From a virus (taxonomy: Duplodnaviria; Caudoviricetes), in IMG/VR virus record IMGVR_UViG_3300007735_000655, positions 1 through 34,780 of that record: a stretch of 34,780 nucleotides of DNA; one strand, written 5' to 3'. The first letter of the stretch is position 1; every line of letters begins with the position of its first letter. Below are positions 19,444 to 28,100 of this stretch, in pieces. Under the pieces are notes generated by a model. The model made no database searches and was not told the origin of the DNA. It saw nothing but the letters and a program-made list of their open reading frames with translations. The translations under genes were made by a program, and so were the position numbers.

Positions 19444-20443
19444 TTGTAAGACTCTCTACTACTGGTGAAACTTTATAGTCTCTACTAAAAACACTTTTAT
19501 CCAAGGCTTTGGGTTCGATCTTCTTGTTCAAGTAGTCAATCCCGGTGAACTGTATGTACTCTTTGAGAGACCTGCGAGTGCCAAGTCCATATATACCACA
19601 GTTGTCGCCCGTTACTACACGCTCCAATCGCTTAAATGATTTAGCGTTTAAATCTTGCCAAGTAGTCTGCTTCTTCACGCCGTCATCCCAGAAGCGTTTC
19701 TTGTACGCAGAAATGTAGTAGTGATAGAACATCAACGGCGAGATGTGAAAGATGTTATAGCCATGCGTCCATGACCTGAGAGCAATACTCTGCTCCTCGC
19801 CCTCAAAGAAGATATGCGGATCATACGGCACTTCTTCTGCCCACTTACCTAGTGTGAATAGGCATCCCGCCGCGACCATGTAACCCGGCACAAAGTTCCT
19901 CTTGGGAACGTAATCACACTGTACGCCTACGAAGTAGTTGTCCTTGAATAAAGCATCTTTCTGGACAGGGCGACAGACTCTGGTGAGCGTTGCAAACTCG
20001 TTGGCATCTCTAAGTTTTTCTACAGGATTGTTCCTGATGTCGTCGTCCTTGGCTTGCAAAGCGTAGGGCATGTTCGTAATTAATGGTCTCTCATGATGCT
20101 CCATGAGATGCTTCATGGCCGTATGCATCAGGCCATCCCAACCGGGATCGAACCCGATGTGAGAGTCTAGTTGGAAGTAGTAGTCTTCGTTGTTCCACAG
20201 AGTCTGCCCGACACTCCGCGCCCAACAGCAGCCACGGCTCTGCTCGGGATCAACACGCAAATACCGTATCTGATTGCTAAACGGCAGGTCAGATGGGTTA
20301 AAAAATTCTTTATCATAGGACTGCTCGACTATCCCGAACACTAGCGAATCCTTGTGCTTAGCGTTGTCGTAAGCATCCTTGATAGTCCACGCCAGAAGCG
20401 GATCACGGTAGGACGCAATGCTGATGAAGATCTTAGGGGGCAT
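19433..20443 (-). CDS. GT60-like GlcNAc transferase (Skp1-hydroxyproline GlcNAcT/Gnt1-like)
   Basis: 'IFISIASYRDP', 'SRGCCWAR', 'QLDSH', 'EVPYDP..FFEGEE...RSWTHG' family motifs. Confidence 0.85.
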   Translation of the reverse strand: MPPKIFISIASYRDPLLAWTIKDAYDNAKHKDSLVFGIVEQSYDKEFFNPSDLPFSNQIRYLRVDPEQSRGCCWARSVGQTLWNNEDYYFQLDSHIGFDPGWDGLMHTAMKHLMEHHERPLITNMPYALQAKDDDIRNNPVEKLRDANEFATLTRVCRPVQKDALFKDNYFVGVQCDYVPKRNFVPGYMVAAGCLFTLGKWAEEVPYDPHIFFEGEEQSIALRSWTHGYNIFHISPLMFYHYYISAYKKRFWDDGVKKQTTWQDLNAKSFKRLERVVTGDNCGIYGLGTRRSLKEYIQFTGIDYLNKKIEPKALDKSVFSRDYKVSPVVESLTNGY

Positions 20444-20639
20444 TCCGTTTTCTCAGGTGTTCTATCTCTGCCTTCAGCACACTAATCTCTTGTGCCAGAA
20501 GGTTAGCCTCTATCTGATAGCCCGCCCTACGAATTGCTGCTAAAGCCTCGTCAATCTTCGCTTGCTGTGAGTATTTCCACGGTTGCAGTTCTATCTCACG
20601 CTGCCACGAACCCGGTGGGGAGACGTTATCTACGGTCAT
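20433..20639 (-). CDS. Hypothetical protein
   Basis: ATG at 20639 coupled (ATGA) to the upstream stop; 68 aa. Confidence 0.6.
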   Translation of the reverse strand: MTVDNVSPPGSWQREIELQPWKYSQQAKIDEALAAIRRAGYQIEANLLAQEISVLKAEIEHLRKRNAP

Positions 20640-20806
20640 AAATACACCGCTCCCACGATGCAGCCCACGGAAAAGCACACCACTGCCAACATAATCTCAG
20701 CAGCGATCATGTCGGTCTTGGCAGACTTCTCATCCAGAAGTTCTTTCTCCAAGTCGCTAATCCGCTCGTTCAGTCGGTCAACGATGTACTCATTTGGCCT
20801 GTTCAC
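20636..20806 (-). CDS. Small coiled-coil protein with C-terminal transmembrane helix (not in ORF track)
   Basis: Translated by hand: MNRPNEYIVDRLNERISDLEKELLDEKSAKTDMIAAEIMLAVVCFSVGCIVGAVYL; GAGGAAGG SD; fills the gap exactly. Confidence 0.65.
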   Translation of the reverse strand: MNRPNEYIVDRLNERISDLEKELLDEKSAKTDMIAAEIMLAVVCFSVGCIVGAVYL

Positions 20807-21068
20807 TTTCCTTCCTCGTCTGGTCGCGCACCAACGTCAGTAGTTTGCAGATCACGTGCGTTTGCGAATGCATTTGTTTAGCCTTAGACATCATGTCGTA
20901 CTCCAGTGCATACATTTGGATGATGTCCCATCGAATAATTTCTAATTGACCATCGTCACCTATCTTTGCCCAGATTGTGTCGGGCATAGCAACTTTCTTT
21001 ATATGTTCTTCGGGGACGATTAGGTACGCCTCGTCATCTTCAAGAATTTCTTTTTTAATTTCAGACAT
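20790..21068 (-). CDS. Hypothetical protein
   Basis: 92 aa in operon context. Confidence 0.6.
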   Translation of the reverse strand: MSEIKKEILEDDEAYLIVPEEHIKKVAMPDTIWAKIGDDGQLEIIRWDIIQMYALEYDMMSKAKQMHSQTHVICKLLTLVRDQTRKESEQAK

Positions 21069-21069
21069 C

Positions 21070-21738
21070 TCATATCTCCTTGGCTACTGCCATCCACTCT
21101 TCAGCGTACTCAGCATTCTGCCAGTCTTTAAACCACGGCCCGCCGCGAGTGAAGTGAACGGCTTGTGGGTTCGGGCAATCGTCCTTCGTATGCCATCCTT
21201 CTAAATAGTTATAGGCGATGGGTAACTCACCGATACAAGAGTCCCACAGGAACCGTAACTGATGCAGCCACATACCCGGCTCACGGTTTACAACCTCGGG
21301 AGTCAGCGCCTTCACGTGCAGATGCCCGCAGTTCCACAAGATCATGCTGCTCCAATTCTTGCGCGGGTACTGATGCTGAACCTTGCCATCCATCTTGTGA
21401 GATTCTTTCGGCTTGTAGTCGTGCTGTACGACACACGCACCAAAGTACGGATTCATGTAGTCCTGCAATGCAGCAATGTCGCCTCGCCAGAGAAAGTCAC
21501 AGTCCATGAACACCGCCCACCCTTTGTATCCTGCAAGGTGCGGTACAAGAAAACGAGTGAAAGAGAACTCCGTCGATGACAGCGGGTCATGCTCCCGCCA
21601 GTACAGGTTCCTCTCACGCATCTCCTGTTGCTTAATCGGCTGAATGTCTAAGGGAATGGACGTATGCCTGAGAAGTGACTCTTTGCATACCTGATACGCG
21701 ATGTCCTCGCGGCTGTCCCAACCAATAAAAATTTTCAT
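21070..21738 (-). CDS. GT-A glycosyltransferase (GT8-like / plant CDI-like)
   Basis: 'KIFIGWDSRE', 'STEFSFTRFLVP', DCD motif, 'YPRKNWSS', 'HFTRGGPW'; ATG at 21738 coupled to the upstream stop. Confidence 0.85.
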   Translation of the reverse strand: MKIFIGWDSREDIAYQVCKESLLRHTSIPLDIQPIKQQEMRERNLYWREHDPLSSTEFSFTRFLVPHLAGYKGWAVFMDCDFLWRGDIAALQDYMNPYFGACVVQHDYKPKESHKMDGKVQHQYPRKNWSSMILWNCGHLHVKALTPEVVNREPGMWLHQLRFLWDSCIGELPIAYNYLEGWHTKDDCPNPQAVHFTRGGPWFKDWQNAEYAEEWMAVAKEI

Positions 21739-22361
21739 AATTTCCTCAGTATCCAATCGTCCACCACACGATCCACTACCTTGTACTTCAACTCCCGCAT
21801 CAAAAACCGCACCGCTGCGTGTGGGCCTTCTTCGGAAGGAGCGTGTTTTTCTTTCTGCTCAACGATGATGACAGGATCGTTCTTGCGTAATGTTTCTATC
21901 CCACCTTTGATTACGTCTAACTCATACCCTTCAACGTCAATCTTAATAAAGTCCACGTTGTCAAAATGATAATGATCCAACGGCAGCATCTGAATAGAAC
22001 CCGCTACGCCCCGCACCACCTTCGCCATACCTGTGTTGTCTGGTGGGATTTCTAGGGCAACCGCTCCTTGCCCTTTGCCAAGTGCAATCTCATGGACAGT
22101 AGCCTTTGGCGCGTTCTTGGTAAGTAACTCCAAGAACTCTTTGCACGGCTCAAACGAATGCACAGTCTGAAACTTGTCTGTAAGTTCCCTTGACCAAAGC
22201 CCTACGTGTGCGCCGATGTCCAACGCTATGCGAAACTTCTTGCAATACTTCAATGCCGTCTGACGGTGAACAGGTTGGTACTCTGGCGTACCTGCTAACT
22301 TAAAATACTCGCTCATGTGAGTATCGTTATCGGGTAGCCACCATCCTTGTACTTCTTTCAT
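21735..22361 (-). CDS. FkbM-family SAM methyltransferase
   Basis: 'DIGAHVG', 'FEP', 'FIKIDVEGYE..VIKG', 'P.IIVE'. Confidence 0.9.
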   Translation of the reverse strand: MKEVQGWWLPDNDTHMSEYFKLAGTPEYQPVHRQTALKYCKKFRIALDIGAHVGLWSRELTDKFQTVHSFEPCKEFLELLTKNAPKATVHEIALGKGQGAVALEIPPDNTGMAKVVRGVAGSIQMLPLDHYHFDNVDFIKIDVEGYELDVIKGGIETLRKNDPVIIVEQKEKHAPSEEGPHAAVRFLMRELKYKVVDRVVDDWILRKL

Positions 22362-24250
22362 GACACCATCTCAAAAAGTTGCTTACGAGTTGGCCCCTTG
22401 TAATGCATGATCTTGGCTTCTCCAATATCAAACTCTGGTAGGCACCCATACACAGACTCAGGCATCGTACTGCACTTGTATTTTCGTGAACGCTTCTTTT
22501 CTTTAGCGTAGCGTTTCAATAACTCCTGATCTCCGTACCACTTGCGGTACTTGGGGTCTAAGTCATCAAACCATTCAAACATTTCTTGCCAAGGCTTTCC
22601 GTCTCTCGTAGCAGTAGCACAAGCGATAAATGGATACACTTCGTCGATTGTTTTACCGGCGTACTCATCAAACCTGATACCACGTTGATCGATGTTAAAC
22701 ATTGCTTCGCCTTGGAATTCTCGTCGGCACATGACAACGCCATTGCCATTTAAAACATCTTCAACTACGACGCGATCTCTGAAGATCATGTCTGTGTCAA
22801 TGTAGAGCGCGGGTACATCCAAGTTTAATTGAGCAAACGCTTTAACTCGTGATGTCATCAGTTCTTCACGGTTTAAATCGTACTCATGGCGTTCAGTTAT
22901 GCCCATTACATCTGGCGTATCTTTATCCGTCAGCATGATGACGTTGGCATCAGGGTTGTACCGCAGCAAAGACTTGACCATCTTCTGTGGCGCAGAGATG
23001 TCATCACCGATGTGCATGAACACAAAGTTGTCTCTGACCCTCTCCGCATTGAAGTTCAGCATCAGATCCAATTCATCCTTGACTTGCTTCAACTGCAAGT
23101 CCCACGGCGCGTTCATGTTCTCGCGCTGATAAATCTTGACCCCGCTGTACCACATACTCTCGTTGCCGAAACGGTTGTTCCAGTACCAGAGTTTGTTGGC
23201 ATCAAGCAGTAAAACATCTTTACCCATCGCCCCTGCCAGATGCACGGTCGCGCACGACGGCGAGATAACAACAGAGCAAATCTCAATCAACGCTGCTACG
23301 TTCTCCAGATCAAGAAACGTATCAATATGTGTCGTGATCAGGCTTGGATGAAAGTCCACGCCTTCCTTTTGTGCTTCACCATACTGAAGATTGATGAACT
23401 TGAGATACGGTGTATCAAGTATGGGCTTGAAATCCGCAAGTGGCACAGACTTGTGTTTACCAATTACGGGAGCCGCGCTTGTCCAAGAAAGTCCTACAAC
23501 AAAATCATCGTCCCGCAATTTGTACTCTTTGCGTAAGGCTTTCACACGATCAGGATCAGCCTTGATGTATGCCATTGAGACATTAGGCTGAATGTCACGT
23601 ACTGATTTAATGAAGTATTTACCCATGCTCGCAATCGGAATGTGCGAATCATGTTCTTTCATTTTAATTCGTGCATTGTGAGACAGGAACGTGACGTTCT
23701 TTGCCCTGCACCCACGCTGAAGCAGATTCATCAGGCGTAGATCAATCAACACGGTGACATGTTCTACCTCACGCGCTAACGCTTCGATAAGCGATGCGTA
23801 CAGCAACTGATCACCAATACCTTGTTCACACCATACAAGCGGGCGCTTCAGCCCTTTGCCTCGTTCCCATTGAGGATGCTTGGTATGAAGTGTTGGAGAT
23901 TTAAATGACTTACTCCCCCACCGCCGCTCGTAGCCTTTCCACCCGGCTTCAAAGTCACCCATCTGAAGGGCTAAAAGTCCAACAGTCCATGCAGCGTCAA
24001 AGTTGTCGGGTTCTAAGCGAGTAGCAGCCTCAAAATGTTTTCGTGCTTGTTCCCACCGATGCATCTCCCAATGGCACCGTCCCATCTGCAATTCAACTGC
24101 CGTGACAATCGGAAGTGCCAAGTGAACATTGTTTAAGATACTAATCGCTTCGTCGTACTTGCCCTGTTCAGCCGCTTCAAACCCAGTTTTGTAGATGACT
24201 TGAGCAAAGTCGGGTAGCGTTTGCTGTTTAGATTTAGTTTCCTCGCTCAC
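22358..24250 (-). CDS. TPR + GT9-like (GT-B) + GT-A fusion glycosyltransferase
   Basis: N-terminal TPR helices; 'EQGIGD', 'VGLSW', 'NLQYG', 'HLAGAMG' GT9-like motifs; C-terminal 'YIDTD', 'WYGDQ', 'HYKG' GT-A-like motifs. Confidence 0.8.
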   Translation of the reverse strand: MSEETKSKQQTLPDFAQVIYKTGFEAAEQGKYDEAISILNNVHLALPIVTAVELQMGRCHWEMHRWEQARKHFEAATRLEPDNFDAAWTVGLLALQMGDFEAGWKGYERRWGSKSFKSPTLHTKHPQWERGKGLKRPLVWCEQGIGDQLLYASLIEALAREVEHVTVLIDLRLMNLLQRGCRAKNVTFLSHNARIKMKEHDSHIPIASMGKYFIKSVRDIQPNVSMAYIKADPDRVKALRKEYKLRDDDFVVGLSWTSAAPVIGKHKSVPLADFKPILDTPYLKFINLQYGEAQKEGVDFHPSLITTHIDTFLDLENVAALIEICSVVISPSCATVHLAGAMGKDVLLLDANKLWYWNNRFGNESMWYSGVKIYQRENMNAPWDLQLKQVKDELDLMLNFNAERVRDNFVFMHIGDDISAPQKMVKSLLRYNPDANVIMLTDKDTPDVMGITERHEYDLNREELMTSRVKAFAQLNLDVPALYIDTDMIFRDRVVVEDVLNGNGVVMCRREFQGEAMFNIDQRGIRFDEYAGKTIDEVYPFIACATATRDGKPWQEMFEWFDDLDPKYRKWYGDQELLKRYAKEKKRSRKYKCSTMPESVYGCLPEFDIGEAKIMHYKGPTRKQLFEMVS

Positions 24251-24363
24251 CAGTATTCTCTCCCACCACGCTTCGCTGCCCAGTCAGGGGGCGGCACTCG
24301 CATCCTGTCGCGCTCTACGTCCCACAACCATCTACGCCATGCATTCTTTAGCCATGTAATCAT
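24247..24363 (-). CDS. 38-aa Trp/Arg-rich peptide (not in ORF track)
   Basis: MITWLKNAWRRWLWDVERDRMRVPPPDWAAKRGGREYW; AGGAGG SD; ATGA and GTGA overlaps at both ends. Confidence 0.65.
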   Translation of the reverse strand: MITWLKNAWRRWLWDVERDRMRVPPPDWAAKRGGREYW

Positions 24364-24995
24364 GTGGCCTCCTGCGGAACGATCTGAAGAAGTGAGAAGG
24401 GGATAGAGATCGCGGTCTTCCTGCCTTCACGTGGGTAGATCAACGCTCTAGCGTAAGACTCCACCATCATGGCATTGACCACGCCTTTCTCAACGCCCTC
24501 AAAATCGTCAAACACAAACACCGTGTCATCGTGAATGATCTTAGACAACGGCTCGACATCGTTCTGACTTAGACGGCCATCAAGGTATACAAGATCGACC
24601 TTCACATTTTTTGATGCCAAGTCAGCAAACATTTCATGGGATGGCTTGTTTGGGTATTGAACAAACCCTTCATCGTTCAGATTGATATCGTTGGAGTAGT
24701 CGCACGTGTAGATGTAGATCGGATCACACGCAAGCATCATCGTCCGTGTCGATACGCCAATGAACGTACCCACTTCGGCAATGTGCCTCGGATTAAAAAA
24801 CTTCGTGACTTTATAAAGTTCTACCGCATCGTCATACGGCACAGAGCCTGTCTTGTAGTCAGCCTGCTCACGCAAGTGCTGCTGATCTTCAATGATCTTT
24901 TCAATAGCCTCAAAAGGGAAGTCACCGACCTTCTCATCAATGATTCCCCATACGATATCACTTAGCCGCTTGCGGCCTATTAGCACCGGATTCAT
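24360..24995 (-). CDS. Class I SAM methyltransferase (Methyltransf_24-like)
   Basis: 'AEVGTFIGVST', 'DLVYLDG', 'FVFDDF'. Confidence 0.75.
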   Translation of the reverse strand: MNPVLIGRKRLSDIVWGIIDEKVGDFPFEAIEKIIEDQQHLREQADYKTGSVPYDDAVELYKVTKFFNPRHIAEVGTFIGVSTRTMMLACDPIYIYTCDYSNDINLNDEGFVQYPNKPSHEMFADLASKNVKVDLVYLDGRLSQNDVEPLSKIIHDDTVFVFDDFEGVEKGVVNAMMVESYARALIYPREGRKTAISIPFSLLQIVPQEAT

Positions 24996-25203
24996 AACCC
25001 ACCTCTCGTTCAGCCAACATGGTGTCGGCTATGCTGTAAGAAATTTTTGACGCTTCGTCGGCAGACATGGCGACTCCGTGAGACGCTAACAGCCCTTGCA
25101 TTGCTTTGGCTGCAAAATAGTCCCGCAGAGTCATGCCATGTCCCCACCATTTCAAACGCTCCGCTTCCAACTGAGGGAAAGCGAATTCGTTTCTAGGTTT
25201 CAC
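24958..25203 (-). CDS. Conserved phage hypothetical protein (AFP...GMTLRDYFAAKAMQ family)
   Basis: Motif widespread in proteobacterial phages. Confidence 0.8.
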   Translation of the reverse strand: MKPRNEFAFPQLEAERLKWWGHGMTLRDYFAAKAMQGLLASHGVAMSADEASKISYSIADTMLAEREVGYESGANRPQAAK

Positions 25204-25697
25204 GCATCTCTCCGCGCTTCGATCTCACGATCCAAGTAGAAGCGGGCCTTCTCCAAGTCCTGTAAAGGATCAGAATCTACTTTCTTACCGGTACGGCTGA
25301 TGTACTTGACCACGTTACCCAGTCGGTAATTAAGATCTTTAGCCTCAATGAACTTCAGCGTGTCTATGCCACCATCGGTGTAGTGCGGGGGACGATTGAC
25401 AAGATCAAGTTTCTTTTCTGCCACATCCAACTCGGCAAGCAATTTCATGGCCGTGTTTTTGTGTTGTGGTTGAATGATTAACTTCGTCGGCTTCTTCTCA
25501 ATCACATCCAAGGCTTGCTTCATTTCTTTCACAGCCTTGACGATCTTCGACTTCTTTTTCTTGGGTGCGGTCTTACCTTTTTTATCAATCCAACGCACGT
25601 AGTACACGTACGCCTCGCTTGACTTTGTGGCCTTTGCCACTTGCTTGATTGAGTTCCCCTTGCTGAGAAGGGACAGGATCTTCTTTGCTTTGGACAT
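25200..25697 (-). CDS. N-terminal HTH-like + DUF3310 (SaV-like) protein
   Basis: 'DLVNRPPHY..GG', 'GNVVKY..R..KK', 'DLEKA.FYL'; N-terminus 'GNSIKQVAKATKSSEAYVY' is HTH-like. Confidence 0.75.
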   Translation of the reverse strand: MSKAKKILSLLSKGNSIKQVAKATKSSEAYVYYVRWIDKKGKTAPKKKKSKIVKAVKEMKQALDVIEKKPTKLIIQPQHKNTAMKLLAELDVAEKKLDLVNRPPHYTDGGIDTLKFIEAKDLNYRLGNVVKYISRTGKKVDSDPLQDLEKARFYLDREIEARRDA

Positions 25698-25977
25698 GAC
25701 TTAATAACTCCTTGCGTAGGTTCTCTACGTTTGTTTCATCAACTATCAATGCGATGCCACCGGCTTTACGTATGTCATCGTGGTTCTTCAACTGAAGTGC
25801 GGTGGCCTTCCCACCGTTTGCTTTTGTCTCTATACCATAAAACAACCCGGCGATACAAATAATAAAATCTGGCGCTCCGCTGTTCCCGTAGCCCCCTGTA
25901 ACTGGCATCACGTAGTAGGCGTTCAGATCAGCAAGAATCTCTTTGACGCGCTTCTTTACTTTGGCTTCTGGAGTCAT
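25585..25977 (-). CDS. VRR-NUC family nuclease
   Basis: 'MTPEAKVK', 'GAPD', 'GIETKA', 'TALQ', 'AGGIALIV'. Confidence 0.85.
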   Translation of the reverse strand: MTPEAKVKKRVKEILADLNAYYVMPVTGGYGNSGAPDFIICIAGLFYGIETKANGGKATALQLKNHDDIRKAGGIALIVDETNVENLRKELLSHVQSKEDPVPSQQGELNQASGKGHKVKRGVRVLRALD

Positions 25978-25996
25978 GGTTCCTCATGGCAATCAG

Positions 25997-26012
25997 CGTA
26001 TTAACTAATACG
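25997..26012. promoter_or_regulatory. 16-bp palindromic operator-like site
   Basis: CGTATTA-AC-TAATACG (arms extend to AG...CT), between a stop codon and the VRR-NUC RBS. Confidence 0.75.
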
Positions 26013-26016
26013 CTAA

Positions 26017-26364
26017 CTAACCACGGGGAACTTCGCCGCGCAACTCCTCTAAGACTTTTTCTGGCAAGACCAACACGTACTCGCAGACAGAAAACCGCCA
26101 ACCGATATCTTTAGATGCCTCTGGATACTCGGGTAAAAACGGGAAATCAAACACAGGACTCCATGCTCCTATGTAATTCCCATCTTTTTTCTGCCAATTC
26201 CATGCGTGGATCATGGCTAATTTAGTTCTTATATGATCGGGCAACTCACTCAAGGGCAGCATCCTGACCATGCAGTCGCCCACATGGATGTGCAGATTAT
26301 TGTCAACAAGTTCGGCGTACACCCGCTTGTTGCCATCGTGAAAAGGTAGTGGATCGTGATACAT
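26017..26364 (-). CDS. Hypothetical protein
   Basis: 115 aa, GAGG SD; stop 5 nt from a palindrome. Confidence 0.65.
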   Translation of the reverse strand: MYHDPLPFHDGNKRVYAELVDNNLHIHVGDCMVRMLPLSELPDHIRTKLAMIHAWNWQKKDGNYIGAWSPVFDFPFLPEYPEASKDIGWRFSVCEYVLVLPEKVLEELRGEVPRG

Positions 26365-26367
26365 ACC

Positions 26368-27387
26368 TCACCTCGGCAGGATCATTACTTTCCCCCAACT
26401 CGCCGCACCGATATCCATCCAGATCTGCCTCTGGTCAGCCTGCGGAATCAGAGAATCTGCGTTCCGGTGTACCTTCAGCATCATCAGCGCATAATCTAAT
26501 TCACGACGGTACTCTTCAGGGATGGCGTCATAGCATGGGTACCACTTGGGCATCAGCGAGAATGGTGCAAAGTCATGCGTCTCACCATGCGGCAGAGAGT
26601 CGCCCCACTTGTAGATATCCAACCCTGCAACCGCACCATCGGGAAAGATCGCGCCCAGTATGACACCGTGGTTGACCTCGTTGATCAACACCCACTTGCC
26701 TTGGTCGAAGAAAGTTTTAGTCTTCTCAATAGCCTCTTCAAACTTGTTGTTGTTTAGCGTGTAGTCGTTGTACTTGCTGTCGAAAGTTTGGCGCATATCA
26801 GCGGGCATCTGGAGCATGGTGGTCTTACCCATGACCACGTTGGACAAGAACGTAGTGATATCAGAGTCGTACTCAACTGTCGGGCGGCTCGACACGCTGC
26901 GACCGTACGCCCTGTCCACTAACGTGTCTGAGATAGAGCGCAGGACATTCGATACAGCACGTATCGCATCAGTGGAAGTACGTCTCAGCCATGATGCTGC
27001 TACGTGATCAGAGTTCTTGGACAGTTTAACCCGGAGATAATTTGCGCTTGTACTACTGATTAGGACATTACTCGACGGCTCGGATACACCATCGCTCGTC
27101 GCTGAGAAGTCAAACGTGCCACGGTTGCACCTGACCTTACCCACCATGAAGCCTTCCGGTGTAGTAAGTACCGCAGACATGATAGTTTCTTTCGGATCTG
27201 CACTCGTAGAGATCTGACTGTTGACGATGTGACCGACACGAATCTTTCTCTCGGTGGTGTTGTACATGGTCGCCACGATGGGGAACAGCGGAGAGCGGAT
27301 GAAACTCTGCTTCTCTATGAATGAATGCTGCCCCTCAAGGAAGAGATCGTCGGTGTTGAATTTGATTCTGGCCTTACCCACTTTCAT
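26368..27387 (-). CDS. Hypothetical protein
   Basis: 339 aa, AGGAG SD; no motif recognised. Confidence 0.75.
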   Translation of the reverse strand: MKVGKARIKFNTDDLFLEGQHSFIEKQSFIRSPLFPIVATMYNTTERKIRVGHIVNSQISTSADPKETIMSAVLTTPEGFMVGKVRCNRGTFDFSATSDGVSEPSSNVLISSTSANYLRVKLSKNSDHVAASWLRRTSTDAIRAVSNVLRSISDTLVDRAYGRSVSSRPTVEYDSDITTFLSNVVMGKTTMLQMPADMRQTFDSKYNDYTLNNNKFEEAIEKTKTFFDQGKWVLINEVNHGVILGAIFPDGAVAGLDIYKWGDSLPHGETHDFAPFSLMPKWYPCYDAIPEEYRRELDYALMMLKVHRNADSLIPQADQRQIWMDIGAASWGKVMILPR

Positions 27388-27392
27388 AACTC

Positions 27393-27602
27393 CTATCGTT
27401 GATTGATATCTTTACCATCGAGCCACACTTCGATGCCGTTACCAGAGTATGCACCGTCGTTGCCTCGCTCAAACTTAAACGCATCTACCCTTGCGTACTG
27501 CATCCACTCGCGCCCGGTCATGTGAAACTCCTTGGCCTTCTTGTAATCCCAACCGTAGAGTTTCGTGCGTGGTGGAAGTTTGTCTAGTTTGTATTTATTC
27601 AC
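27393..27602 (-). CDS. Hypothetical protein
   Basis: 69 aa, GTG start after AGGA. Confidence 0.55.
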   Translation of the reverse strand: MNKYKLDKLPPRTKLYGWDYKKAKEFHMTGREWMQYARVDAFKFERGNDGAYSGNGIEVWLDGKDINQR

Positions 27603-27608
27603 GTTTTC

Positions 27609-27863
27609 CTACCCCAACTCAACTGGGGCGCGATCTTCAAAGTCCACCCAACCTTTCAGCACGGATGAGATTGAGTACGTACCGCGATACTTCGTACCTA
27701 CCCATGCAGAAAGTTTCTTGTCTCCCATCTGCGCGATCTTATTCTTCGCTTCTTCCGCTGCTTGTTCCCACACATTTTCGCTAGGTTTATTACCCTTGAC
27801 CTCGCTCTTTACCAGACTTATTGAATTGTTCTGGTGGTCATAGACCACAAATGTAACTTTCAT
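27609..27863 (-). CDS. Hypothetical protein
   Basis: ATG 27863 (MKVTFVVYD) with GAGGAG SD; the longer listed ORF overlaps the upstream gene. Confidence 0.6.
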   Translation of the reverse strand: MKVTFVVYDHQNNSISLVKSEVKGNKPSENVWEQAAEEAKNKIAQMGDKKLSAWVGTKYRGTYSISSVLKGWVDFEDRAPVELG

Positions 27864-27864
27864 C

Positions 27865-28074
27865 TCACATCTCCTCTGCCAAAGTCCACTTTTGAGTGTC
27901 CATAAAAACCTCTTCAACCCATACAGCGTTAGGTCTATGACCACTAAAGAATGATTCAGTCCATTCGTCAGTGGTTTGTGTAATGGATTGAATGATCTCG
28001 TCAGCCTTGTCACTTTCGATGTCATCTACTCCATCAAACTCAAACACGACCAACACTTGCATCTTCTTACCCAT
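27865..28074 (-). CDS. Acidic hypothetical protein
   Basis: 69 aa; GGAG SD merges with palindrome 28085-28100. Confidence 0.65.
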   Translation of the reverse strand: MGKKMQVLVVFEFDGVDDIESDKADEIIQSITQTTDEWTESFFSGHRPNAVWVEEVFMDTQKWTLAEEM

Positions 28075-28084
28075 GTCACATCTC

Positions 28085-28100
28085 CGTATTAGTTAATACG
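28085..28100. promoter_or_regulatory. 16-bp palindromic operator-like site
   Basis: CGTATTA-GT-TAATACG, abutting the vWA stop and the next SD. Confidence 0.75.
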
